A stretch of 64,000 bases of DNA from Candidatus Izemoplasma sp. (GTDB lineage: Bacteria > Bacillota_I > Bacilli_A > Izemoplasmatales > Hujiaoplasmataceae), in the NCBI GenBank assembly GCA_021736305.1, contig JAIPGD010000003.1:4306-68305 (forward strand), written 5' to 3'. The notes below the pieces were generated by a model. It did no database searches and had not been told where the DNA came from. It was given only the letters and a program-made list of their open reading frames with translations. The stretch's first letter is position 1. Each line of letters begins with the position of its first letter. Positions 42,722 through 52,293 of the stretch are shown here, one piece after another. The translations under genes and the position numbers were made by a program.

Positions 42722-43873
42722 ATGAAAACTCATAATTCAAAATCGGTTAAGGTTCAAAATACCAAGCTAGTAATTGAAAAATTAGTTGAATTAAGAGAAA
42801 CTTCTAGAAGCGATTTAGCTAAATTAACTACCTTAAATAAGGCTACTATTTCTTCTATTATTAATGAATTAATAGAAAAAAACATTGTTATTGAAACAGA
42901 TAAAACTTATAAGACAAGTGGTAGAAGCGCAAAAATTATCGAGTTAAATAAAAATGCTGGACGAATTATTAGCATTGATTTATTAACTAACTCTATCTAT
43001 GGTATTGTTGCAAATCTATACGGAGAAATATTATTCGAATCAAAAACACATATTGAAAATATAGATTTTAGTTATTACTTGAAAGAAATTTTGAAAAGCG
43101 TTGATGATTTAAAGTCAAACACACATGATTCTGATTACGGTATTATCGGAATCGGTGTTGGAGTTTATGGTATTCTTTCCAAAAACAAAAAAATTAAATT
43201 TGCTACTTTTACTTCTTGGAAAGATATAGAACTTAAAAAAATAATTGAAGATTATACCGGAATTAAAACTTATGTTGAAAACGAAGCAAATATATCTGCA
43301 CTTGGAGAAAAAATAGTCTATCATCACTATCCAAACTTAATCTCTCTTAATATTGGGATTGGTGTTGGAATGGGAATTGTAATTGATGATAAATTATATA
43401 CGGGCCAAGATGGTTATGCGGGTGAGATAGGTCACACTATCCTAATTCCAAATGGGAAAAAATGTGTCTGCGGAAACTATGGGTGTTTAGAAAGATATAT
43501 CTCTGATATAGGAATTGAAGAAAAATATTATGAATTATCGAATAAAAAGATTACAATCAATAAATTTATAAACCGTTATAAAAATGATGATAAATACGCA
43601 AAAATAGTATACAATCAATTCATTGACTTTGTTAGTATTACAGTGAATAATATCTGTCAGGTTTTAAACCCAAGCGCAATTATTATTAACAGTAAAATTG
43701 CTGAAGAGATACCAGAAACAATATCTTTAATAAAAAATAAAATGAGATCACAAATTGTAAATTTAGAATTATTAACAATCTCATCATTTAAACATAAAAG
43801 CAATGTTTTAGGTTTAACTCATATACTAATACAAGATTTTTTAGATATTGAAAATTACAAAGTTCCCGCATAA
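42722..43873 (+). CDS. xylR: ROK-family repressor (XylR type)
   Basis: N-terminal wHTH (SRSDLAKLTTLNKATISSIINELIE), a ROK core and a CVCGNYGCLERY zinc motif. It is divergent from xylA. Confidence 0.8.
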   Translation: MKTHNSKSVKVQNTKLVIEKLVELRETSRSDLAKLTTLNKATISSIINELIEKNIVIETDKTYKTSGRSAKIIELNKNAGRIISIDLLTNSIYGIVANLYGEILFESKTHIENIDFSYYLKEILKSVDDLKSNTHDSDYGIIGIGVGVYGILSKNKKIKFATFTSWKDIELKKIIEDYTGIKTYVENEANISALGEKIVYHHYPNLISLNIGIGVGMGIVIDDKLYTGQDGYAGEIGHTILIPNGKKCVCGNYGCLERYISDIGIEEKYYELSNKKITINKFINRYKNDDKYAKIVYNQFIDFVSITVNNICQVLNPSAIIINSKIAEEIPETISLIKNKMRSQIVNLELLTISSFKHKSNVLGLTHILIQDFLDIENYKVPA

Positions 43874-44122
43874 ACATTTAAAATAACAAACATAGTTTAT
43901 CATTTAAACTAAGTTTTGTAAATATCAAATTATTAAAAACATAAATTTTTTATTACAGACTAAATTTATTAAGATAGATACTTTTATTTTTTTTGTTTTT
44001 ATAACAGTTTAATTTATTTATTTTTATAGTTAAAATATTACTATTTCAAATCAAAAATTTCAAATTTATGTACCAACGTGTTAAAATATATATAAGTAAA
44101 TAAATTTAAGGAGATGAATTAA

Positions 44123-45106
44123 TTGAATTATAGAAGATTTGGAAAAACAAATTTAAAGGTATCTGAAATTTCTTTAGGCACATGGCAATTAGGTGCTAAA
44201 TGGGGAGATCCTTTCGATGAAGAAGTCGCTTTTGAAACCTTAAAATCAGCAACAGATAAAGGTATAAATTGTTTTGATACTGCTGATGTTTATCAAGACC
44301 AAAATAGCGAACTAGCAATTGGTAAATTTATAAAAAAAATGGATGAACCACCATTTGTGATTACAAAAACCGGAAGACAATTAAATCCACATATAGCTGA
44401 TGGTTACAATGAAGAAAACTTAAGAAAATATATCAATGATTCTAGAAAAAGATTAGATGTCGAATCACTAGATATGGTTTTATTGCATTGTCCACCTACT
44501 GATGTTTATTATCGACCACATGTTTTTAAACTTTTGGATCAATTTAAAGAAGAGGGTCTTATTAAACATTATGGAGTAAGTGTTGAAAAAATTGAAGAAG
44601 GTTTAAAAGCTTTAAATTATCCTGGTGTTGAAGCTATTGAAATTATTTTTAATATGTTTCGTTTAAGACCTGCTGAATTATTCTTTGAACAAGCTAAAAA
44701 ACATGATGTGGCCGTTATTGTACGAGTACCACTTGCAAGTGGCTTGTTGACAGGAAAATTTGATAAAAACTCTAAATTTGGTCCAGGAGATCACCGGACA
44801 TTTAACCGAGATGGAGAAGCTTTTGATAAAGGAGAAACTTTTAGTGGCGTTGATTTTGAACTTGGATTAAAGGCTGTTGAAGAACTTAAAAAAGTATTTA
44901 AAACTGATAATCTAGCACCGTATGCATTAAAATATATTTTAATGTATGATGCAGTTAGTACTGTTATTCCAGGCGCAAGCAAAGAAAGCCATATTAAAAA
45001 TAATGTTGAAGCTGCAGAACTGCCTGATTTAACTGACAAACAAATGGCAGAGGTTAAGAGAATATATGATACTTATATAAAATATCCTGTTCATCACTTA
45101 TGGTAA
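44123..45106 (+). CDS. aldo/keto reductase
   Basis: LGTWQLG, FDTADVY and LLHCP motifs. TTG start 8 nt after AAGGAGA. Confidence 0.85.
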   Translation: MNYRRFGKTNLKVSEISLGTWQLGAKWGDPFDEEVAFETLKSATDKGINCFDTADVYQDQNSELAIGKFIKKMDEPPFVITKTGRQLNPHIADGYNEENLRKYINDSRKRLDVESLDMVLLHCPPTDVYYRPHVFKLLDQFKEEGLIKHYGVSVEKIEEGLKALNYPGVEAIEIIFNMFRLRPAELFFEQAKKHDVAVIVRVPLASGLLTGKFDKNSKFGPGDHRTFNRDGEAFDKGETFSGVDFELGLKAVEELKKVFKTDNLAPYALKYILMYDAVSTVIPGASKESHIKNNVEAAELPDLTDKQMAEVKRIYDTYIKYPVHHLW

Positions 45107-45279
45107 TGTTTAATATAGTCAATTTTTCTTAAAAATATAACTAAAAGGATTAATTATAAATTGATTCTTTTTTTATGCTTTATATTTACATATTATTATA
45201 TTCTATGATATGATTATTGATGTTGTCTAAGCATATTCTAAAATAATATAGTATAGAGATAACTCAGGAGGACAATAAG

Positions 45280-45957
45280 TTGAGCAATATATTTGCGTTT
45301 TTAAAAAGTAATAAATTTAATATTTTATATTATATTTCTGGTTTTCTTGTTTTAGGTTTTGCTGTGAATATTATGAAAGCTTCTACTTTGGGTAATGGAG
45401 CTTGGGACACTGTAACAATTAACGTTAGAGATTATATGAATAATATTGTTGGCATTCCTTGGATTACGATGGGAATGGTTTCCTTTACAGTAAGTTTAAT
45501 TATTATGTTAATTATCCTTTCTTATAGGAAAAATCTTAGATATTTACTAATGTTATTACCAATGGTCCTTGTAGCTATTTCAATTGATTTTTGGAATTTT
45601 GTTTTGTTTTATGATCGCGAAGCAATTAATCTATCAATCCAAATTACTTTTTTTATAGTTGGTATGTTTTTATTACCTTTAGGGCTAACATTAATTGTTA
45701 AATCTTATTTTCCAGCATTTGTGTTTGATGAATTAATGTTAATGCTTGTAAAAATATTTAAAGCTAAAAGAATAACTTATGCGCGATTAAGCATTGAAAT
45801 AATCGGGATAAGTATTGGTGGCCTTTTCGGATATTTAACTTACTACCATATTGATGGATCCTTTGGCGCAGTTAATATCGGAAGTTTTATCTTCGCTCTT
45901 GTATTAAGTCCAATTATGACATTTTATTTTTATGTTTTAAAAATAAAAAAAGAATAA
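45280..45957 (+). CDS. YczE-like polytopic membrane protein
   Basis: 225 aa with about 6 TM segments and an LGNGAWDTV motif, as in YczE/YitT-type membrane proteins. TTG start after AGGAGG. Confidence 0.45.
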   Translation: MSNIFAFLKSNKFNILYYISGFLVLGFAVNIMKASTLGNGAWDTVTINVRDYMNNIVGIPWITMGMVSFTVSLIIMLIILSYRKNLRYLLMLLPMVLVAISIDFWNFVLFYDREAINLSIQITFFIVGMFLLPLGLTLIVKSYFPAFVFDELMLMLVKIFKAKRITYARLSIEIIGISIGGLFGYLTYYHIDGSFGAVNIGSFIFALVLSPIMTFYFYVLKIKKE

Positions 45958-45962
45958 TTTTG

Positions 45963-45986
45963 AAGTCGTTTTAAACGACTTTTTTG
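45963..45986 (+). terminator. terminator after the YczE-like gene
   Basis: AAGTCGTT-TTA-AACGACTT followed by TTTTGTT. Confidence 0.7.
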
Positions 45987-46066
45987 TTATAGTTAAAACT
46001 TAAATGATAATATGTTAAAATAAATTAGATTGATTTTTTAAAAATCTTTTTAAAAGGAGAAATTTG

Positions 46067-47074
46067 ATGTATAAAATTGAAAAAAACGAATTATTCACTA
46101 TTATTCATGTTGAACTTGAAGGGATTAAAATTAGTTTTTCAGATTATGGTGCATCTATTTATGCTTTGCAAACAAAAGATGTCTTTGGTAAATATGAGGA
46201 TATTATCTTACAATATAAAAACATTAAAGATAATATTAAAAATAGTATCTATCTTAATGCTACAATCGGACCTATAGCAGGAAGAATTAAAAACGGCGTT
46301 ATTAAAACGAAAGATAAAACATATAATTTGGATAAAAATTTCGCAAATAAACATACACTTCATAGCGGTCAACTTGCGCTTTCATATAAAACTTTCGATT
46401 TCAAAATTTTAGAAAGTTCAAACTATATAGATGTATTATTTACTTACCATGAAGAAAGCCTAATAAATTATTTTATCAGTGTCAAATATCGAGTTACTAA
46501 AAATCAAGTCCAAATCAAGTACACTATTGAAACTGAAAACAATTTTGTATTTAACATTACTAATCATGCATATTTTAACCTTTCAGGAAACTTAAAAAAC
46601 AACATTAAAAATCACATGGTAAAACTTAATACCAAAAAGCGTCACTTATTAAACAATGATTTGATTTCTAAAAACAAAATAGTTGAAGAAGATATCTTTG
46701 ATTTTTCCGATTTTAAACCTATCCACAATACTTTAAATAAATTAGAAAACAATCCAATTGGTGGTATAGATGATATATTCTTCTTTCCCAATCATAACAC
46801 ATCAACTCCTATGGCAATTGTATATGATCCAATTAGTAAGCGAATGATGGAAGTTTATTCAAGTTATGATCATTTGGTTTTTTATACCCATAATAATACC
46901 GACAATAAACCTTTAAAACATTTAGATAATCATCCAAGACATTATGCACTATGCTTTGAATGTGAAAAAAGTCCTTGCGGGTTTACTTTTCCTGATGCAT
47001 CTAATCCAGAATTGACTAAAGCAAAAAAATACAGTGAATTTATTATTTTTAAATTTGGAATATATAACAATTAA
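46067..47074 (+). CDS. aldose 1-epimerase family protein
   Basis: GPIAGRIKNG, LHSG and NITNHAYFNL motifs. The ATG is 6 nt after AAGGAGA. Confidence 0.8.
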   Translation: MYKIEKNELFTIIHVELEGIKISFSDYGASIYALQTKDVFGKYEDIILQYKNIKDNIKNSIYLNATIGPIAGRIKNGVIKTKDKTYNLDKNFANKHTLHSGQLALSYKTFDFKILESSNYIDVLFTYHEESLINYFISVKYRVTKNQVQIKYTIETENNFVFNITNHAYFNLSGNLKNNIKNHMVKLNTKKRHLLNNDLISKNKIVEEDIFDFSDFKPIHNTLNKLENNPIGGIDDIFFFPNHNTSTPMAIVYDPISKRMMEVYSSYDHLVFYTHNNTDNKPLKHLDNHPRHYALCFECEKSPCGFTFPDASNPELTKAKKYSEFIIFKFGIYNN

Positions 47075-47218
47075 AATCTTTAGCTATAAATTTTAAAAAT
47101 AGAAAAATTCGCCAAAAAATATAGTAATTATCTAACTTTTAACAAACGTTAATCATTGATTAATTAAAAGATTAAATGTATAATATATTTAAGTATACAA
47201 TAAAAAAAAGAGGTTATT

Positions 47219-48340
47219 ATGCAAAAAAAACTAAAAATTGCTAGTGAATTAAAAACAAAAGATCCAACCAAATTTAATATGGTTATTGGATTTGATGGAT
47301 TCGTTGATGAAATTATTCATGTCGTTGATAAAAGACAAGATCCAAAACATTTTTCTCGTGTAAAAACTATTAAAGATTTTTCAGATAAAATTGCTCGGGC
47401 TAGTGGTCTTTCTTCAAACATTGAATTTGTGCCTATCAACACCAAAATCGGTGGAAACGGCCCTATCATGTGCAATGCGCTTGCTAGACATAATCCTAAA
47501 ATAACATATATTGGAACATTAGGTTTTCCTGAAATCCATAACGTTTTTAAACCTTTAGAGGAAAAGGCGACTATCTATACCATAGAAAAACACGGAAATA
47601 CAGAAGCTGTTGAATTTAATGATGGTAAACTAATTTTGGGAAAAATGAATTCTTTAGTAAATGTCGATTATGATCATTTAACTAAAATAATTAGCGAAGA
47701 AAAATTAACTTCGCTTATCGGTGATTCTGATTTATTCGCAATGGTTAATTGGTCAATGTTGCCCTACATGACTGATATTTGGGGAAAAATTATCACTAAT
47801 ATTTTACCTAAATTAAAAATTAAAAAGAGTAAACCATTATTATTTATTGACATAGCTGACCCTGAAAAAAGAGAAAATGAAGATATTATTGAAGCACTAG
47901 ATTTATTAAAAAAATTTAAAAGTTACTTTAAAGTTGCTCTTGGTCTAAACAAAAAAGAAGCTTATGATGTATCAATAATTTTAGGCTTATTTACTAAAGA
48001 AGTAATAAATAATAAAAGTTTAGAAGATGTTAATAGAGCTTTATATAAATATTTAGAAATTGATTATGTCATAGTTCATCCGGTTGAATGTTCAAGCGTG
48101 ATGTATAAGAATCAATATTTCGAAGAGAACGGACCTTACATTAAAAACCCGAAACTTACTACTGGTGCTGGCGATAATTTTAATGCTGGTTTTATCTTAG
48201 GATTATTACTCAACCTTGAACCAGATGAAGCTTTGTTAACAGGAATGTCTACTAGTGGTTATTATGTGAGAAATGCAAAAAGCCCTGATTATAAAGAACT
48301 AATTCAATTTATTGAAGATTGGAATTCGAATTTAATATAA
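47219..48340 (+). CDS. ribokinase-superfamily sugar kinase (PfkB / ADP-dependent-kinase-like)
   Basis: The C-terminal TTGAGDNFNAGFILG is the PfkB-type catalytic GAGD motif. The N-terminal half, with IGGNGPIMCNALA, resembles the GGNA-IMAN loop of ADP-dependent gluco/phosphofructokinases. Confidence 0.55.
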   Translation: MQKKLKIASELKTKDPTKFNMVIGFDGFVDEIIHVVDKRQDPKHFSRVKTIKDFSDKIARASGLSSNIEFVPINTKIGGNGPIMCNALARHNPKITYIGTLGFPEIHNVFKPLEEKATIYTIEKHGNTEAVEFNDGKLILGKMNSLVNVDYDHLTKIISEEKLTSLIGDSDLFAMVNWSMLPYMTDIWGKIITNILPKLKIKKSKPLLFIDIADPEKRENEDIIEALDLLKKFKSYFKVALGLNKKEAYDVSIILGLFTKEVINNKSLEDVNRALYKYLEIDYVIVHPVECSSVMYKNQYFEENGPYIKNPKLTTGAGDNFNAGFILGLLLNLEPDEALLTGMSTSGYYVRNAKSPDYKELIQFIEDWNSNLI

Positions 48341-48353
48341 TAAATAATATAGT

Positions 48354-48383
48354 AAACCCCGGATAATTAATCCGGGGTTTTTT
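48354..48383. terminator. bidirectional terminator (kinase gene / msmK-like gene)
   Basis: AAACCCCGGA-TAATTAA-TCCGGGGTTT followed by TTTTG. Confidence 0.85.
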
Positions 48384-48402
48384 GTATAGAAAAACAAAAC
48401 TT

Positions 48403-49509
48403 TTATTCTTTTATTCTCAATGTTGTTTCAGTATCAAAAAAATGAGCTTTATCCATATCTAACGCCATTTCTAATTCGTCTCCAATCTGAATATCAGCAC
48501 GAGCATTAATCATTGCGGTAACATCATTTTCTCCGACTTTAGCATAAACACTTGTTTCCGAACCTAATAATTCAGCCACATCAACATTAAATTTAACAAT
48601 TGCTTCTTTAAATTTTTCCTTAGATTCATTATCATCATGTATATCTTCAGGTCTTATACCCATCATTAATTCTTTACCAATGAAACCTTTTTCTTTGAGT
48701 AAATCTTTGTGAAATTTAGAAACTTTAACACTTATACCTTGGGCAGAAAATATACCTGATTTATCAACAACACCTCTAAAGAAATTCATTGGTGGAGTTC
48801 CAATAAAACCGCCAACAAATATATTATCAGGTTTATCATAAATATCTTTAGGAGCACCAATCTGTTGGATAAACCCATCTTTCATAACTACTATTCTATT
48901 AGCCATTGTCATAGCTTCAATTTGATCATGAGTTACATAAATTGTTGTTGTTTCAATTTTTTTATGTAATTTTATAATTTCACCACGCATTTGAACACGT
49001 AGTTTAGCATCTAAATTTGATAATGGCTCATCCATTAAGAATACTTTTGCATTACGCACAATTGCTCTTCCTAAAGCAACTCTTTGTCTTTGACCACCAG
49101 ATAAGGCTTTTGGTTTACGATCCAAATACTCAGTTAAACCTAATATTTGTGCAGCATTTCTCACTTTTTCGTCTATCATATCTTTCGGTTCTTTTCTAAG
49201 TTTTAATCCAAATGCCATATTATTATAAACAGACATATGTGGATATAAGGCATATGATTGAAAAACCATCGCAATATTTCGATCCTTAGGTGCCATATCG
49301 TTAACTAAAATATCATCAATATATAATTCACCATCAGTAATCTCTTCTAACCCAGCAACCATACGTAATGTCGTTGATTTACCGCAGCCTGAAGGCCCAA
49401 CAAAAACAATAAATTCTTTATCCCTGATTTCTAAATTAAATTCATCAACTGCAGGTCTATCACCTGGTGTGTATATTTTCTTAATGTTTTTAAATGTTAA
49501 AGTAGCCAT
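48403..49509 (-). CDS. CUT1 multitask ABC ATPase (MsmK/MsmX/UgpC type)
   Basis: GPSGCGKSTTLRMVAGLE, LSGGQRQRVALGRA and FLMDEPLSNLD motifs plus a C-terminal TOBE-like domain. Confidence 0.9.
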   Translation of the reverse strand: MATLTFKNIKKIYTPGDRPAVDEFNLEIRDKEFIVFVGPSGCGKSTTLRMVAGLEEITDGELYIDDILVNDMAPKDRNIAMVFQSYALYPHMSVYNNMAFGLKLRKEPKDMIDEKVRNAAQILGLTEYLDRKPKALSGGQRQRVALGRAIVRNAKVFLMDEPLSNLDAKLRVQMRGEIIKLHKKIETTTIYVTHDQIEAMTMANRIVVMKDGFIQQIGAPKDIYDKPDNIFVGGFIGTPPMNFFRGVVDKSGIFSAQGISVKVSKFHKDLLKEKGFIGKELMMGIRPEDIHDDNESKEKFKEAIVKFNVDVAELLGSETSVYAKVGENDVTAMINARADIQIGDELEMALDMDKAHFFDTETTLRIKE

Positions 49510-49588
49510 ATTAAATCTCCTTTTATTTTAATTAATCTTATTATAGAAAAATCTTACCATTAATTCTATGGTCAAAGTGCACAAACCT

Positions 49589-50146
49589 TTACTCTAGCAC
49601 TGATACTAGGGCTCTTAACCCTCTAAAAGTCTTAACATCAATATCAGTTAGTTGATAAATTTTGTCAATTCTGTAATTTAAAGAATTTCGGTGCAGATAA
49701 AGTTTTTTTGCTGCCACAGATAAATTCATATTCTTTTTGGCAATCATTAAAATTGTATTTATAGTTTCTTGTCCTAAATAATTTACTAAATGCCTTTTAA
49801 GTATTAGCCTTTCAAAATTATTTTTTGCTAACACAATTAGTATATCTACGATATCAAAAACCTTACAAGGTAATGTTTTAATCCATTTAGTAATAAATGC
49901 TTTAGATATAAAATTATAAACATTTTCCTTAAGATAAATCATAGTTGTGTCCACACCAAAATCGGTTACAATAGATGCATGAACCATATCTAAATCAATA
50001 AGCGTTTCATCAACATCTAAATCAATTTTAATCATCATTATTTCATCATCAAGGTATTCGATATTAACATGGTTATTTAGTTTCTCAAAAACTTCTTCCA
50101 TGTCTCTTTTAATTGATTTCTGATAGATAAAAACATCAAAACGCAT
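49589..50146 (-). CDS. short PucR/CdaR-type HTH protein
   Basis: The C-terminal NLSVAAKKLYLHRNSLNYRIDKIYQLTDIDVKTFRGLRAL matches the PucR C-terminal HTH pattern. At 185 aa it lacks the usual long sensor region. Confidence 0.6.
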   Translation of the reverse strand: MRFDVFIYQKSIKRDMEEVFEKLNNHVNIEYLDDEIMMIKIDLDVDETLIDLDMVHASIVTDFGVDTTMIYLKENVYNFISKAFITKWIKTLPCKVFDIVDILIVLAKNNFERLILKRHLVNYLGQETINTILMIAKKNMNLSVAAKKLYLHRNSLNYRIDKIYQLTDIDVKTFRGLRALVSVLE

Positions 50147-50160
50147 ATTTTGCTCCTTTT

Positions 50161-52284
50161 TTATTCATCAATAACATTTACTATTGCTTCATATAGAGTT
50201 TTTGAATTGGGTCCTACCTTAATTTTGTATTTGTGATTTTCTGCGGTATGAATCATATCTAAATTGTATGATCTAAAATCATTCACTGATAATTCAAATT
50301 GAATTGTTTGTTTTTCTTTAGGTTTAAGCATAATCTTTTTATATGCTTTTAACTCATTTACTGGTCTTGCTACACTAAAAGTCAATGCTTCAATATATAG
50401 TTGAATAATTTCTTCTGCTGCAAACGAAGATTGATTTGTGCAATCTATCGTTACCAATAGTTTATCATATTTATTTAAAGTTTGTTTATCGATTGATAAA
50501 TTTTCATATTTAAAAGTAGCATAAGATAACCCATAGCCAAATGGATATAGCGGTTCATTTTGACAATCTTGATATCTAGTATTATATCGATATTTAGGTC
50601 GGCTAAAATCAAAAGGTCTACCAGTTTGATAATGATTATAGTAAATTGGTATTTGTCCTTCATGATATGGAAAAGTCATTGTGATTTTACCACTCGGAAT
50701 TGATTCAGCCATAAGTAGAGATTTAATTGCTGGTCCCGCCTCTAAACCTGGTTGATACGCATAAAGAACAGCTTTAGCTAATTTATCAAATTTAGTAATA
50801 ATTAAAGGACGTCCTGCAAATATAACTACTACAATATTTTTATTATAAGAATAAATTTTTTCAAAATAATCGGTTTGTTCTTGTTTTAAATACAAGTTAG
50901 TTTTGCTATTACCTTCACCTGCTTCATTGCCTAGTTCTCCTAACGCCATAACAACTACATCTGCAGAACTAACAGATTCTTTAGAATCATCTGTAGTGAT
51001 TATTAATGTATCACTTGAGCTAAAAGCACTTAAAATGCTTGTCACATCTTTTTTATCAGCCATCGCTGACCATTCACCTATAACATCTTGAGAGTCTATC
51101 ATCGGTCCACATAGTAATATCTTCTGAGAAGTTTCAAGAGGTAAAATATTATCGTTTTTTAATAATACCATGCTTTTTTCAGCCGCTTCTTTTGATAAGG
51201 ATTTGGTTAAATCGTTTAAAATATATTGATTTGAATTTTCATAAAAATAACTATATGGATTATCCAAAAGACCTAAATCAAACTTTAGTTTTAATATTCT
51301 TAAAACTGATTCGTCAAGGTCGTTTTCTTTAATAGCTCCTTCTTCAATCAAATCTTTTAAATGATTAATATATGTTTCAGATACCATTTCAATATCCAAT
51401 CCTGCATCAAAACACTGATATGCAGCATCTTTTATATCTTTAGCAACTTTATGGTTAATGATTTCTTCAGTTGAAGTGTAATCTGAAATGATAGAGCCTT
51501 TAAAACCTAATTCATCTCTTAAAAGACCTTTAAGTAACTGCTTATTAGCTGTAGAAGGCCGATCAAATATAGTGTTAAAAGAAGTCATAATCATAGATAC
51601 TTCGCTTTTAATAGTTGATATAAAAGGCGGTAAATACATATTATATAAAACTCTTTTTGACATATCTACAGTATTATAATCTCTACCGGCTTCACTCTGA
51701 CCATAACCAATAAAATGTTTTGAACATGCAGCAATAGAGTTTGGATTTGACAAATCATTTTGTTGGTATCCTTCAACATAAGCTTTTGCAAGTATACTTG
51801 ATAAATATGGATCTTCTCCATTACTTTCCATAACTCTACCCCACCGTGGATCTCTAACTAAATCTACCATTGGCGAAAATGTTAAATGAATACCTCTATG
51901 AGCTGTTTCATAAGCAACTGCAGTAGAAACTCGTTTAATCAAATCACAGTCCCAACTATTAGATAACGCTAAATTTATAGGAAAAGCTGTTTTATATCCA
52001 TGTACTATGTCAAAACAAAAAATTAGAGGAATGCCTAATCTACTATCTTCAACAGCTGTTTTTTGTAATTTTAAAAGCATTTCTTCGTTATGAATATTTA
52101 ATATCGAACCAACCAAACCTTTTTTTATTCTTTTGATTGTTTCTGAAGAATTATATTCGTGTCCAGTAACTATATCAGAAAAAAAGGGCGCTTGATACAA
52201 TTGCCCAACCTTTTCATCTAATGTCATTTTTTCTAATAAGTTAATAACTTCTTTTGGATATTTATTCGCTATATTCTTATTCAT
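50161..52284 (-). CDS. GH3 beta-glucosidase (BglX type), cytoplasmic
   Basis: LGIPLIFCFDIVHG, RDPRWGR and GFKGSIISDY (nucleophile Asp region) motifs, with a C-terminal FnIII-like domain and no signal peptide. Confidence 0.85.
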   Translation of the reverse strand: MNKNIANKYPKEVINLLEKMTLDEKVGQLYQAPFFSDIVTGHEYNSSETIKRIKKGLVGSILNIHNEEMLLKLQKTAVEDSRLGIPLIFCFDIVHGYKTAFPINLALSNSWDCDLIKRVSTAVAYETAHRGIHLTFSPMVDLVRDPRWGRVMESNGEDPYLSSILAKAYVEGYQQNDLSNPNSIAACSKHFIGYGQSEAGRDYNTVDMSKRVLYNMYLPPFISTIKSEVSMIMTSFNTIFDRPSTANKQLLKGLLRDELGFKGSIISDYTSTEEIINHKVAKDIKDAAYQCFDAGLDIEMVSETYINHLKDLIEEGAIKENDLDESVLRILKLKFDLGLLDNPYSYFYENSNQYILNDLTKSLSKEAAEKSMVLLKNDNILPLETSQKILLCGPMIDSQDVIGEWSAMADKKDVTSILSAFSSSDTLIITTDDSKESVSSADVVVMALGELGNEAGEGNSKTNLYLKQEQTDYFEKIYSYNKNIVVVIFAGRPLIITKFDKLAKAVLYAYQPGLEAGPAIKSLLMAESIPSGKITMTFPYHEGQIPIYYNHYQTGRPFDFSRPKYRYNTRYQDCQNEPLYPFGYGLSYATFKYENLSIDKQTLNKYDKLLVTIDCTNQSSFAAEEIIQLYIEALTFSVARPVNELKAYKKIMLKPKEKQTIQFELSVNDFRSYNLDMIHTAENHKYKIKVGPNSKTLYEAIVNVIDE

Positions 52285-52293
52285 TGTAATCTC

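Noticed and set aside
44043-44065. Direct repeat ATTTCAAAT x2 (14-nt period) upstream of the aldo/keto reductase promoter
   Set aside because: It is short, AT-rich and overlaps the likely -35 region. That is insufficient to call a regulatory site.
47139-47152. TTAAC-N4-GTTAA inverted repeat upstream of the sugar-kinase gene, as a possible cre/CcpA or LacI operator
   Set aside because: Alignment on the central CG fits the cre consensus TGWAANCGNTNWCA at only a few positions. A 5-bp AT-rich inverted repeat is expected by chance in this composition.
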